This document shows, piece by piece, positions 41,601 to 52,219 of a stretch of 64,000 nucleotides of DNA. Within the stretch, counting starts at the first letter, position 1. Each line of letters opens with the position of its first letter. Made by a program: the position numbers and the translations under genes. The notes below the pieces were generated by a model. It ran no database searches, was not told the DNA's origin, and saw only the letters and a program-made list of their open reading frames with translations. Source of the stretch: Histomonas meleagridis 2922-C6/04-290x (taxonomy: Eukaryota > Protista > Parabasalia); contig JAANOX010000205.1 in NCBI GenBank assembly GCA_020184695.1, forward strand, positions 930,001 through 994,000, in the 5' to 3' direction.

Positions 41601-42120
41601 GATAATAATTGGAAGTTGAAACATTATATTCATTACATGCTTTAAGTGAAACATATACATCATAATAACTCCTAAGGCAAAGACAATAATTACTAACAGA
41701 AGGTCTTTCAGGAGTATATCTAATCGTGTTTGCTGTAATGCGGAAATAAGAAAGTTGATGAAGTGTAGTATCTTCGATAATAGATACCGAAATACCTTCA
41801 ATAGAAACTTTTTGGGATTCAGCATATGGCATTAATACATTCATTTTAACATTTATATTAACTGGATTACTTGAAGTTAAAAGAATTGAAATATTGTTAA
41901 ATAAACTTGCTGTATTAATATCTATTCCAACCTCTGTTGAACCTGTTTGGAGTTGAAATATTTTACTTGTACTAGATGTATCGAAATTATATGTGCAAGT
42001 TTGAGTTCCATTTGTTATTTCAAAGGTATTTGCTTGAAGATTAAGGGAATTGAAATTGATGCAATCGCATGTCTCGTCCGCAAAAATGTTCCTTGTAAGG
42101 AGAAAAAAGATTGCAATCAT
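38686..42120 (-). CDS. Large type I surface membrane protein with a repetitive cytoplasmic tail
   Basis: 1144 aa; N-terminal signal, beta-rich ectodomain, TM GFYIFIGITAFIIVLSLVLCFC, then EMDYS repeats and a Lys-rich end. Confidence 0.8.
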   Translation of the reverse strand: MIAIFFLLTRNIFADETCDCINFNSLNLQANTFEITNGTQTCTYNFDTSSTSKIFQLQTGSTEVGIDINTASLFNNISILLTSSNPVNINVKMNVLMPYAESQKVSIEGISVSIIEDTTLHQLSYFRITANTIRYTPERPSVSNYCLCLRSYYDVYVSLKACNEYNVSTSNYYHTQSRQFPRTVAEDPAPIVNIYLPDTYGSSEYKYTFASNQISFPVTKKINFISLGTSIQTPTKVYFDQNVPNEYPIEISFKDITSLRIKDDNSDNLPLDKLLVNHLTLTNTPLEVKSDETIELLNFTSDSNSIADDIDGSIKIKSNFYLNSSDPTDIQGFILQDGSTLYLHKMSMFPEIHFHASTITFLSIDENIFEITIENNAKINIILEEEDLSRVDEMIIGTEDTPTYTVNLVMTVHNNMNINILGTQSSQISYVINPLLRSGPTYTLSLTLPEKFDNLNINGTFNVVLESIASVSGFFGVPRDIPIVVVNCSDSELDITFKPNKNIIANEVTIDTNSIDQLSFLTYSNTIKFTSDANIDEYPNITFIIETNNTLISFDNTFKEIESISNILIEHDNNSIILESTNSFVPLVTINDNVYGVLYSAKTDTVNISSTTNFETENFRTGNDLTINCASGTYSFPQHSILSEFSRFKLDANSNIAMIYHNETQVSYSFTNGKMNFELESQSNLKYFKAKSFELSNTELNNVNDLPVLLDTLNTDIKSIPENSFTYINISNSLTINDNTIQTIILGNSSIRLRSTNNIMTPLINKNEEATFEINTNVENILLSVETNENCPTNTQLILTTTSETVNVHIDKSWFNVNNPEIFNIIVTNATNVIVSTDLMILPEITVHNSIGETINYTSIEHESKYTSSLGFYIFIGITAFIIVLSLVLCFCRKEEMDASSEYNGNPTTLKQSIKLEMDYSSSHSDWNDKKKKNNKNKNKNLFENEEMDYSSSHSDWTNKKRKNIKDSEMDYSTQSEWTNKKRKNFKDNSEMDYSTQSEWTKNKKEQNKNDSEMDYSTQSEWTNKKRKNFKDNSEMDYSTQSEWTKNKREQNKDNSEMDYSTQSEWTKQKEEQIKDNSEMDYSTSVSRKDKSDDTNSSISSSSSSEDVDEKVKNETPKKKPKKKLVKKVKKPKKKPKKKVENDS
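38870..39375 (-). repeat. Coding tandem repeat of about 22 aa (66 bp): DNSEMDYSTQSEWTNKKRKNFK
   Basis: Eight EMDYS motifs in the predicted cytoplasmic tail. Confidence 0.9.
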
Positions 42121-42495
42121 TGGTTTCTATTGCGGTTTTTCTTTTCAATTTTCGATCAAAGGAACTGAAAAGCTCCAACGCACTTTTGAAAAACACAATT
42201 CATTTGTAAACAACACATAAGAATTTTTTTTCCAAGCATATGATATAAAGAACATCATGCCTCAAGTAAAAACATTGATTCGATAGGTTCTTCAGAAAAA
42301 TTAATTAAATTTTTAATTATTTAAATTATCTACTAATGATTTGATCAGCAAAGTTCAAAACTCAGGACTCGATTTTGTGTTAATTAATTACGGAAATTAA
42401 CTTTGAGATTTTTAATGATAATATAATTCCTTAAAAAAACTTTTTATGGAAGACACCAAAGAGATAATTTTGGTGAACTAAACAATCGTGTGAAA

Positions 42496-43497
42496 TTAGT
42501 CATAATATGGGAAAGGAATTGGAAGTTCTGTTGGGATTTGGATACAAGATACGTTACAGAATTGATCAATTGAATACTTTCTTCTTATAAAGTTCGCCTC
42601 ATCTTTTCCAACTTGAAGTAATAATGCATGCGCAACTTTACAATAGTGACAAAGATCTTCAAATGAATATTGCGTGTAAGCAGCAAGAGGTTCAGTCCAA
42701 GGCTCGACTCCGGCAATAGTTCTTGTCATCATCAATGCAGTTGCTGCAATTGCTGATGGTTTAACGCTCATAAATTCAGCAGATGTCATACAGATTTCTG
42801 TTATGTATCGGGCAAACAACATAATTTGCAATGTTTGACCATTAAGGCGCAAAAATATGCTTAAAAAGAAGAGAATAGTTGGGAACTCAGTGTCAAATCC
42901 AATTAAGTTAATTAGATTGACTTCCATACTTTTGAGATCATTTTCAGTAAATGCATTTTCTGCAATTGTAAGAATATCTTCAATCTGAATTGGTTGGATA
43001 TCTTCGATTTTTGATGCAATAAGCATTGCAGCACTACCAATAAGAGGAAGCTTACATCTAGAAATGTTGGTTCTTGAAATCACTCTATCTAAAATTCCAA
43101 TACTACGATGGAATGTTTCGGTTGTTAGTTGGCATTTGTAATGCATTCTACAAAGCCAAAGAACCATAGTACTTCTGTCATTTGGTGTCATTTCCGTTTG
43201 TTGGACTGTGAATTCAGGTAAGTTTGTTTCACGAACTCTCATTGAACGATAAATAATATGTTCAAATTCAGTCACATCCTGAGGGTCACATGGGAGACCA
43301 ATTGGCAATTCCACATGAACGAATGGTTTATATGGAAGTTGTCGGCATAAAATGGGCTTTTGATTATTTTGGTTATTAGGATTTGGAGGTGTTGATCCAG
43401 TGCCATTTGATAGTAATGACAAAGGAACTCTTTGTGGCTTTTGTACCTGGGGCACTTGTTGGTGTTGGAAGCTCTTCTGGTGATTACCAAAAATCAT
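42496..43497 (-). CDS. Mitotic (A/B-type) cyclin
   Basis: D-box RVPLSLLSN; cyclin box DRSTMVLWL...ETFHRSIGILDR...LIGSAAMLIASKIED; ATG at 43497 (the track starts at TTG 43680, overlapping the next gene). Confidence 0.9.
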   Translation of the reverse strand: MIFGNHQKSFQHQQVPQVQKPQRVPLSLLSNGTGSTPPNPNNQNNQKPILCRQLPYKPFVHVELPIGLPCDPQDVTEFEHIIYRSMRVRETNLPEFTVQQTEMTPNDRSTMVLWLCRMHYKCQLTTETFHRSIGILDRVISRTNISRCKLPLIGSAAMLIASKIEDIQPIQIEDILTIAENAFTENDLKSMEVNLINLIGFDTEFPTILFFLSIFLRLNGQTLQIMLFARYITEICMTSAEFMSVKPSAIAATALMMTRTIAGVEPWTEPLAAYTQYSFEDLCHYCKVAHALLLQVGKDEANFIRRKYSIDQFCNVSCIQIPTELPIPFPYYD

Positions 43498-43643
43498 TTT
43501 AATGCTAAACGTATGAAAACGTATGTACAAACGTACGCTTAAAAGAAAAAGTGCATATATTTGCCAACCGAATAAACTTCGAACGAATGACACTTTTTTG
43601 TATATCACAATTGTCAAAAATTTCACAATTGCTGAATAAGCAG

Positions 43644-44831
43644 ATGGAAAAAAAGATTCCAACAGTTCTTGTTGTTGCAAATCCTCATGAAAATTGGTAT
43701 AAGCTTTGTCAAGACTATGCTGACGTTTTCAATGTTGAGCAAGCTTGTTGGGAAGATATTTCCCTCACTTCCTATCCAACAAAAGTAATGGTTAATCTTA
43801 CTGCTTCCAAATATCCAATTCATGAAAGCCAAAAGAAACGCAGAACAATCAGTCCAGATTTAGTTGTTGTTCGTATGCTTTGTCGATACATCGGCCGACT
43901 TGGTACATCACCAGACTATCGTAATGTATTATATGGTTTCATGCATGCTAACATTCCAATGATTAATTCCTTTTCAGCTCTTTTATGCGAAATTGATCGA
44001 CCATTAATGGTAGGGCGTCTTAAATTAATCCAAAAACGTCTTGGAAAGGAGAACTTCCCTGTTATTCCACAACATTATTATTCCCAATCCCAAGAGATGA
44101 TCATTACTCCTCAATCTCCATATGTTCTTAAAGTCTCATATCCGCATGCCGGCTATGGCAAAATGCGCATCAACAACAGTGACCAAATGGATGACATCAA
44201 AAGCGTCTTACACTTACACCATGATTACATATCAGCCGAACCGTTTATTAATTCCGAATATGAAGTTCGAATTGTATACATAGCTCCCGACTATTATAGA
44301 GCCCACAAGCGTAAGTCCTTTGAATGGAAAGTTAATTATGGCGTTACAAATGAACGTGAAGATATCGAAATGACGCCTAAATACAAAATGTGGGTCGACG
44401 CGATCAAAAACACATTTCCCGACATGGACACGTTCTGCATTGATAGTATCATCGACAAGGAAGGGAAAGAATATATCCTCGAAGTTAATGGATCAGCACA
44501 AGGATTCGCACCGGAGCATAACGACGAAGAACTCGCGAAGATGAGGGAGCTCGTGATGCGAAAGCTGAAGTTAATCGAAGAAAATAACGAAAATGGCGAA
44601 AAGAAGCTAATGCTGGAAAGCGAAAAGGATCTCGAGATATTGAACTTGAAGAACAAGAACACGTTTTTGGAAACTAAGATCGAGAATTTGGAAAGAAGAA
44701 ATAAAATGATTCAATCGGATGGCCCAATACCAGAGGAAGAAGGCGATGGAAACGTTCTGGTGTACGGATTGATCGCTGTGCTGGCAGCTTTGGTATTGTT
44801 CCAGTTCTTCTTGATGTGGAAGCGACAATGA
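43644..44831 (+). CDS. Synapsin-like ATP-grasp protein with a coiled coil and C-terminal TM anchor
   Basis: PDLVVVR, NIPMINS, LGKENFPVIPQHYY, VLKVSYPHAGYGKMRI, AEPFINSEYEVRI, WKVN, EYILEVNGS follow the synapsin domain order; ATG at 43644 follows a TCACA Inr. Confidence 0.8.
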   Translation: MEKKIPTVLVVANPHENWYKLCQDYADVFNVEQACWEDISLTSYPTKVMVNLTASKYPIHESQKKRRTISPDLVVVRMLCRYIGRLGTSPDYRNVLYGFMHANIPMINSFSALLCEIDRPLMVGRLKLIQKRLGKENFPVIPQHYYSQSQEMIITPQSPYVLKVSYPHAGYGKMRINNSDQMDDIKSVLHLHHDYISAEPFINSEYEVRIVYIAPDYYRAHKRKSFEWKVNYGVTNEREDIEMTPKYKMWVDAIKNTFPDMDTFCIDSIIDKEGKEYILEVNGSAQGFAPEHNDEELAKMRELVMRKLKLIEENNENGEKKLMLESEKDLEILNLKNKNTFLETKIENLERRNKMIQSDGPIPEEEGDGNVLVYGLIAVLAALVLFQFFLMWKRQ

Positions 44832-44969
44832 ATAAAAAGTTTATATAGTAATTGGAATTAGAGGAATTGAAAATATTTGTTTAGAAATCGCCAGAATTTC
44901 GTTTTGACTAATACCAAAAATATATTTCTAAACTCAAACAGCTAGGAAAAGCTTACCAAGATATTCTTC

Positions 44970-45016
44970 GATTACATGTTTAAGCTTCTCGTCGTTGGAG
45001 AATCAGGCGTAGTAAA
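44970..45016 (+). pseudogene. Orphan Rab1/Rab8-type N-terminal fragment
   Basis: Translates DYMFKLLVVGESGVVK (compare DYLFKLLLIGDSGVGK); no downstream GTPase motifs. Confidence 0.6.
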
Positions 45017-45377
45017 ACGTGCTTTTGCGTTTTGAAGATAATTTCTTGTTGGAAAATGATTAAAAAGTTTAAAAGTGTAGATTTTGTGTTAGCGCAAATG
45101 AAATTTAAATGCTAATGCAAAGCGAATTTGTTTTTGATAAATAATAAACAAGCGATATTTTGGATGTAGCAAAGCTTTCTGAAAATAATATTTGGTGATA
45201 GAGAATGGCTTATGTTTAGCTAAAGTGTCTCTAACATGATGCTTACCTGTTACAGAAGAAATTCGACTCAAATAAAGCATTTTAAGCTTTCACGTGTCCA
45301 AAGGTTTAACACTGCAATTTACATTAATAATTTTGAAAATCGAAAATTAAATTCGTTTAGAAATAAAAACCATTTGA

Positions 45378-48300
45378 TCACAGCCATGGGTACCAACCAC
45401 TATACATTGCGCACAAGTTTTCCTGACTAGTAGCGCTTTGTATAAGCTTATCCACATGTTTCTTTACGTCCATTTCCACTTCTCCCAAGTCATTACCGTT
45501 CAATTTATCCTTAATTCTTTTAACAATTCCATCATCTTTAATCAAAGGGTCTACATTAAACACCTTCAATATTCCAAGTATTTGTTGCTTATTATTTCTT
45601 AATAATTCCATAACATATTCACAACAACTCCTAAACGTTCCCTCAACCTCCGATACCTCCATAGCGGTTATAAACGATCTCGTCAATCTAAACGGCACCT
45701 TTTCGGGGCACCTCTTTCTTTTCATTGAAATTTCGAAGCATTCTTTGTAGTCAATATTAATAATTTTGCCGGAGACCGTTTGCATCAAAATATTTTGAAA
45801 ATGTCTGTTTCCAATACCAATTAAATAACCCAAAATCGAAGAAGCCACTAAAGAAGTAGTATAATTAATTCTTCTTACTAACCAATGAGTAGAATTAGAA
45901 GCTTCTAATAATAAAATCGATTTAATTTCATCACCTTCAGTATCTTTAATACTTAAATTATATCTTTTTATCTTTTCATCCAAAGATAAATTGTCATAAG
46001 AAACGTTACAATTTTTTGATGCGATTTTATATTCATAATTTTCGATGATGTTTGGCTTTTTACTTGAACGAATTCTTTTTATTATATGATTTAAAGTTTT
46101 ACTACCAGAGAACCATGAAATTATACCGACTTCGTTTGAGAATGGTATGACTTTATTTATAGATATTGTTAACTTTTGTGAGAATGGAATTGATGAATGA
46201 TTAATTATCGCGTTTATATAATTAAACAAGTTCATAATTCGATGTTGGATACGTAAATCCTCATTATTAAGTATGATGAAAATATATTTTTTACCATTTG
46301 AACCGACAAATACAATTTTTAATTGTCGTTCTTTCGATTTAATAATTTGTATTTCGTTTTGTACATTATCTATAGTTATTAACTTCTCATTATTATTATC
46401 ATATGTACCGGGAATTATAATTTCAAGTTTACGTAAGTGTTTAATGTCAGTGATTGTATCGATTAATGATAATGTTTTAGGTGTTTTAATGATTTGATTA
46501 ATGATATTTAATATTTTTGAATATATTTTTAATGATTTATTTATATATTTCGAATTATTTGTTTCATTATATTTGTTTATATTCTTTTCAGCTTTTGTTA
46601 ATACATTTTCAAATAATTTAATGAAACAAATTTCTTTAAATGTCTTTTGTTTAGTTTTAGTTTCATTATGTAAATCTAATAAATTATTAATAAATGTTTC
46701 GGGTTTATTGGAATGTAATAACTTCGTAATCAAAATTTGCCATTTGTTCCATAAAGTTAATGAAATATTAATCATTTCATTTGAAAACAAATCATATTGT
46801 AAGAATAAGTTCAAATGTTTTGTTGTCGAATTAATACGATTAATTAAATCAATTATTAATTCTTTTTGAGGTAAATTACTTTTAATTGGTACATATAAAT
46901 ATTGTAATATTAAATGTGGATGTTCATTTGATACATTATATAAAATCTCTTCAATTAATTCCTTTAAGTTTTCGTTATTAATATTATTTAGTTTTGCTAT
47001 TAAATATGGAATAGAATTTAACCAAAAAATCGATGGAATTTTATATAAGTTTTTCATTAAAAGTTTATAAATTTCTTCATTCCCATATTTAAATAACTTT
47101 GAAATGATTAAAAACAAAAATTTATCATTGTCATTATCAATAGAAATAATTCCATTTAATAAAGCTTTAAATGAATTTATTAAATAATTTTCATTACTTT
47201 TATCTTCTTTAAATAATTCGAAGTTAATTTTTCCCCAAATTGTCCATAACTCAGATAAATTATCATTATTTTTATCATTAATAACATTCTCTAATATTGA
47301 TTTTGCTTCTAATTTCTTATTCATTGATAATAACCATTTAGTTAATATAATTCGTGAGTTAACATTAACTAAATTATTTGATATTAAATTAATTGCTTCA
47401 TCTTTTTTATTTGATTTCCATAATATTTGTGACTTATAAAGATTATAAATGTTATTCATTTCGATGTTATTTTTATTCTTTTTAATTAAATTACTTAATA
47501 ATGATTGTGCAATTTGTATTTTGTTTTCTTCAATTAATGAATTAAATAAACGATTCCAATATATATTTAATTGTGAATTATTTAATACAATCGAATGAAT
47601 ACAAATGTTTTCTAATAATATCGTCGAATCATTTGTTAATCGATCGAATCTTGATTTCCATTTATTTGTTATATTATTTAATTTTTCTTTGATTAAATTC
47701 GATTCGATTAAATCACTATTTACTAATTTTATTTGTAATTTCTTATATTCAATAACTTCTTCAATTTCATTTAAGTTACTTAAAACTGAAAAATTATAAT
47801 ATAAATTATCATAATTTTCAGAATCTAATGATAACATTTGATAAGAATTTTCGAATTGTGTTAATAATAATTTTTCAGCTTCATCGAATTTATCATTAAT
47901 TATATAATAATAAATTTTATATAAATTATCATCTTTTAATTTGGATGCAATTCGATTAAATTTACTCTTCTTAAATAAATACCAACATGAAGCTGTTTTA
48001 TACAAAGGGAAATTATTAATATTTTTCTCTTTAATTAATTGATTATAATTATGTAATGAATAAAGACAATTAAATTTGCCTTTAAGTAATTCAATATCAT
48101 TTGATGAATTCTTAAGTTTTTGTTCATATATTTTTAATGCTTTATCCCATAAACCTAATTTTTCATATAATTCTAATTTCTTGTTTTTAATGTTTATGTT
48201 CATTTTCTTAGTTTTAGTTAATATACCTTTAGCTGCTAAATTTAATCCAAGTTTTTGATTTATATTTATTAAATCTTCAATCGAATCATTAAATAATTCT

Positions 48301-51300
48301 TCTGATTGTCGAAGTGATGGATATAAGAAATCATTTTCGATTTCCATTTTAATAATATTTTTAATATTAATATTTGGTAATTTAATTTTTAATGTTTCTA
48401 AAATTTCGAAAAAGTTTACGAATAAACGTAAAACATTTTTTGGTACATCTTTAGAAGTAGTTATAACATTAATAGTTGTTAAAATTCGTTGATTTTGTTC
48501 TGGATTTACTACTAATAAAACCATTGCTATAGGTACTAATGATTCTTTAATTAAATTATATCTTTCAGCTATTGTTATACATGAAGAAATTGCTTTAGAT
48601 TTACAACATCGAATTAATTGTATAACAAAGTCTTCCATCCATGCAAGCCATTGATTTTCATTAAATTTATTTGATGGTAAACTAAACTCAGTAACTTTAT
48701 CATTAATAACTTGACATCTTGAAGCTTTTTTAGAATGCGATATTGTACTTTGAATAATTTTTTTGTTTAATTTTTGATCTTTTTTATTATTATCCATTAA
48801 ATCATACAAATTTGATAATTCATTAATTTCTTCTGTTGATAAAATATTTTTAAGTTTCGGTAAATATGATTTTATATTAACATTATTCTTTAATGAAATT
48901 ACTTGTAATAATTCAAATGATTTTTCTTTTAATGAGAAATTAATTGTAATTATATTAATTATAAAACGAATAATTTGTGGTAATGATTTAGTTAAATCAC
49001 TTTGATTAACAATTACTGTTAAACTTTGTAAACAATCATTACAAATAGTTGTATTATTAATATTAATTAATAACCAACTAAATATTTTCGGATATATCAT
49101 ATGATCATAATATTTAATTGATTCACCAAATGATATAAATGCTGATAATATTGCTAATACTTCTTTCGAATTATAATTATCGAATTGTGACGTGAATAAA
49201 TAAGCAAATCTTGATAAATATGGTTGAATCGCTTTAGGTATAATTTTCATCATCCATTCGAAATCTAAACATAACGTAACTTTATCAAGTGAATTCCATT
49301 GTTCACAAATAAAATCAACAACATTTGGTACTAATGGATTAAAATATGATCCTAAAACAGTTAAAAATATTGTCATGTTATTTAATAATAATGTTTCAAA
49401 TGCTTCTAAGTTTGTCTTTAATAAGTTTTGCAATAATTTGACTAATTCTTTTTGATATACTTCGGATAATATTCTGTTATTTTTTAAGATTGATACTAAT
49501 GCATCTATTGATATAGTTCTTAATGATGTTAATGATTCATTTGATAATATTTCGAAAATAGATGAAAATGTAATTGATAATGAAGCGAAAATTAATTTCT
49601 TTTCGACTGATTTCGATTTACATTTATTATAAAATGAAAATAACCCTTTAACATTAAATGAATTAATGTTAATATTATTTTGATTTTTACTATATTGATA
49701 TAAATCATAAGGTTTAATTGGACCAATTGTAGAAATAGCTTTAGTTAATAAAACTAATGATATATCAGAGTTATTTAATTTGGTTAAATATAATAACTTT
49801 GATATTAAAAATGAATAATCAGTTAATATTAATGATTGCATTTTTGTATTATTCATTATGTTAATGAATAATTTTAATGCTGAATTTAATTGTTTTGGTG
49901 TCGAATGAATTATTAACGAATTATTTAATATAGTAACTATTTTGTTTAAGTCACATTTATTAGGTTCAATTAATATTAAATTCGATAATAATAATAATGA
50001 ACTTGATGATAATTGTCCATTAAAGTTTTGGATTTGTTCATATAAAAATGATATAAATGGATAAAATAATATTCGTGCTTGATCAGAATCTAATGAATTT
50101 ATCGTTTGATCACTTAATACTAAAAAATATTTTATTGCTTTTGAGTTCATTAATGAGTTTAAATTAATTTCCACAAATTTCTCATTTAAGAAATTCATTA
50201 TATTTGTTTTAGCAGTTTGTTCTTTGATAAATAACATTAAATATTTAAATGATTCAAGTGATATTTTCTCATTTGAATCATGTAATAAGATTCGAATATA
50301 TGGAATAATTATCGGATCTTTAGGTTCTTTATATAAATTACGAAATGTTTGTAAACGTAATTCTTCATTACTTTCAATAGAGATAACAGATAATATTTCA
50401 ATCACAATGGATATCGATGGGTTTTTCTTTTGATAATCTAAAATGAAATTAATAGCTGATTTACGTGTTGATAAATTCTTATTATACATTTGGATACAAT
50501 ATCTTAAAACTGTTGGTAATGATAATATTTCACTTGAGATGTTTAATTGGATTAATGATTGAAATCCATTACGTATTAATAATGGATTACTTGATGAGTT
50601 TAATAAAATTGGATTTAATGCTGATATTACAGGTTTATGAATTCTTGCTGTTAAAGTTGGAATTATTTTTAATAATTGACATATTCCTGAAGTAATTAAT
50701 GGTGTAATTTGTAATGAATTAAAAATTAAGATTATGTCATCATATAAAGTTTTGGTATTAACTGTTAATATCGATATAAATGAATAAATACTTTGTTCGG
50801 AATCCATTTGTTTAGCAATTAATTGTTTACATTTCATAATAACATCAACTTCTTCACCAAAACATCGATTTTGTGCAAAGATAAACCTTCCCATTGATTC
50901 TAATGATTCATTTCGAAATTGTAATTTCTTATGTAAAATATTATATATTGATTTATAATATGTTAATATTTTTTCTTGTGTAAATAACTCGGGATTTGTT
51001 CGAAAGATTAATGGAAATAATAAAAATGCACCAATTTTGTTCTCATGTTCTCGTGATAAAAATTCCATAGGTAACTTAGTGAATTTAAACGCTGTTGTTA
51101 ATTCAGGACGTTCATTTAAAATAATTTCACATGCTTTGACGGCACTTTCGTATAAAGATGTGAATTTCTCTGTGTTTGATAGGCCTGCAACAAGTTTAGA
51201 GACAAAAAGTCGTGGATTAAAGTTAATACTTTTATCTTGATCATTCTCCATAAGGTATTTTATAAGTGATAATGAAATAGTAGATACTTGTGTGGATGGT

Positions 51301-51905
51301 GAAAAAATTCCTAATGATAACATGTTCATCACAAAATCTACTTGCGCTTGTAAACAACTGGGAAATCGGCGAAGAAGTAAATTGAGTAAACAGTATGATG
51401 TTATAACATGATCAGTGTCCATTTGACTCCATTTCTTCATATTTGATCGAAATGGTTGAAGAACCATTTGAAATGATGAATGAAGAGATTTGGATAAATA
51501 TGTTAGGACTCTGTCTAATAAGTAATATGACTGAGGATTTGGTCCAAGATCAACTGTTAATACATCTTTGGCAATTCTATTGGCTTTATATACTTTATCA
51601 CCTACATCAACATCTATGAGTAAGGAAATTAAAATCAGATAGTCTTTATGATTTTTTTGCTTTAGAGTTTTATTTGAAATATCATTAAATAATTTATTAA
51701 TATCGAATTTTTTCTGTCTAGATTGGGAAGAAATGAAATTCTTGAAGTTAGAAGCCAATGAGCTAAATTGATATTTGTCATTATTGTTACACATCAAAAT
51801 TAAATTGTCTATGTAAGCTTCTTGAACATCATTAATATTAAGGCCCGCAGAATTTGTATCGATTGTGTTTAGGTTTATGCTCGCTGGTTTCTTCCTTAAA
51901 CTCAT
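45378..51905 (-). CDS. TOR-like PIKK-family protein, probable pseudokinase
   Basis: 2175 aa; FRB-like region, LIIPGTY, EDLR, RRINYTTSL...GYLIGIGNRHFQNIL...IINIDYKECFE, PEKVPFRLTR, FATC QENLCAMYSGWYPWL. Confidence 0.85.
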   Translation of the reverse strand: MSLRKKPASINLNTIDTNSAGLNINDVQEAYIDNLILMCNNNDKYQFSSLASNFKNFISSQSRQKKFDINKLFNDISNKTLKQKNHKDYLILISLLIDVDVGDKVYKANRIAKDVLTVDLGPNPQSYYLLDRVLTYLSKSLHSSFQMVLQPFRSNMKKWSQMDTDHVITSYCLLNLLLRRFPSCLQAQVDFVMNMLSLGIFSPSTQVSTISLSLIKYLMENDQDKSINFNPRLFVSKLVAGLSNTEKFTSLYESAVKACEIILNERPELTTAFKFTKLPMEFLSREHENKIGAFLLFPLIFRTNPELFTQEKILTYYKSIYNILHKKLQFRNESLESMGRFIFAQNRCFGEEVDVIMKCKQLIAKQMDSEQSIYSFISILTVNTKTLYDDIILIFNSLQITPLITSGICQLLKIIPTLTARIHKPVISALNPILLNSSSNPLLIRNGFQSLIQLNISSEILSLPTVLRYCIQMYNKNLSTRKSAINFILDYQKKNPSISIVIEILSVISIESNEELRLQTFRNLYKEPKDPIIIPYIRILLHDSNEKISLESFKYLMLFIKEQTAKTNIMNFLNEKFVEINLNSLMNSKAIKYFLVLSDQTINSLDSDQARILFYPFISFLYEQIQNFNGQLSSSSLLLLSNLILIEPNKCDLNKIVTILNNSLIIHSTPKQLNSALKLFINIMNNTKMQSLILTDYSFLISKLLYLTKLNNSDISLVLLTKAISTIGPIKPYDLYQYSKNQNNININSFNVKGLFSFYNKCKSKSVEKKLIFASLSITFSSIFEILSNESLTSLRTISIDALVSILKNNRILSEVYQKELVKLLQNLLKTNLEAFETLLLNNMTIFLTVLGSYFNPLVPNVVDFICEQWNSLDKVTLCLDFEWMMKIIPKAIQPYLSRFAYLFTSQFDNYNSKEVLAILSAFISFGESIKYYDHMIYPKIFSWLLININNTTICNDCLQSLTVIVNQSDLTKSLPQIIRFIINIITINFSLKEKSFELLQVISLKNNVNIKSYLPKLKNILSTEEINELSNLYDLMDNNKKDQKLNKKIIQSTISHSKKASRCQVINDKVTEFSLPSNKFNENQWLAWMEDFVIQLIRCCKSKAISSCITIAERYNLIKESLVPIAMVLLVVNPEQNQRILTTINVITTSKDVPKNVLRLFVNFFEILETLKIKLPNINIKNIIKMEIENDFLYPSLRQSEELFNDSIEDLININQKLGLNLAAKGILTKTKKMNINIKNKKLELYEKLGLWDKALKIYEQKLKNSSNDIELLKGKFNCLYSLHNYNQLIKEKNINNFPLYKTASCWYLFKKSKFNRIASKLKDDNLYKIYYYIINDKFDEAEKLLLTQFENSYQMLSLDSENYDNLYYNFSVLSNLNEIEEVIEYKKLQIKLVNSDLIESNLIKEKLNNITNKWKSRFDRLTNDSTILLENICIHSIVLNNSQLNIYWNRLFNSLIEENKIQIAQSLLSNLIKKNKNNIEMNNIYNLYKSQILWKSNKKDEAINLISNNLVNVNSRIILTKWLLSMNKKLEAKSILENVINDKNNDNLSELWTIWGKINFELFKEDKSNENYLINSFKALLNGIISIDNDNDKFLFLIISKLFKYGNEEIYKLLMKNLYKIPSIFWLNSIPYLIAKLNNINNENLKELIEEILYNVSNEHPHLILQYLYVPIKSNLPQKELIIDLINRINSTTKHLNLFLQYDLFSNEMINISLTLWNKWQILITKLLHSNKPETFINNLLDLHNETKTKQKTFKEICFIKLFENVLTKAEKNINKYNETNNSKYINKSLKIYSKILNIINQIIKTPKTLSLIDTITDIKHLRKLEIIIPGTYDNNNEKLITIDNVQNEIQIIKSKERQLKIVFVGSNGKKYIFIILNNEDLRIQHRIMNLFNYINAIINHSSIPFSQKLTISINKVIPFSNEVGIISWFSGSKTLNHIIKRIRSSKKPNIIENYEYKIASKNCNVSYDNLSLDEKIKRYNLSIKDTEGDEIKSILLLEASNSTHWLVRRINYTTSLVASSILGYLIGIGNRHFQNILMQTVSGKIINIDYKECFEISMKRKRCPEKVPFRLTRSFITAMEVSEVEGTFRSCCEYVMELLRNNKQQILGILKVFNVDPLIKDDGIVKRIKDKLNGNDLGEVEMDVKKHVDKLIQSATSQENLCAMYSGWYPWL

Positions 51906-52219
51906 ATTTTGGTTGATATTTAGATAGGTATTTGACAGTTGCCGTCACTTTTTTGTTTAAGCAATATTGGTAACGGTTTTTACTTTGAATTTCCCGTTTT
52001 TTGACATTTTGAGAAATTACGACCGTTACGCAAAAAAATTTCAAAAATTTTTCTTTGCTAAAAGCTTTTACATAAAAATAAGAAAAAAACAAAATTTTTA
52101 AGTTTTGTTTGCGGCGAGATAGTATCTGATGATGTATAATTAAAGATATCATCATGTTGTGTTCCGGTGAATTTCAATCAAATTAATTAAAAATTTTAAA
52201 ATTTTGATAGATATATTTA

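Noticed and set aside
51930-52030. Clustered AACGG/CCGTT (Myb-like) motifs upstream of the second PIKK gene, also seen near 3408-3466
   Set aside because: Too short and too few to distinguish from chance without genome-wide enrichment statistics.
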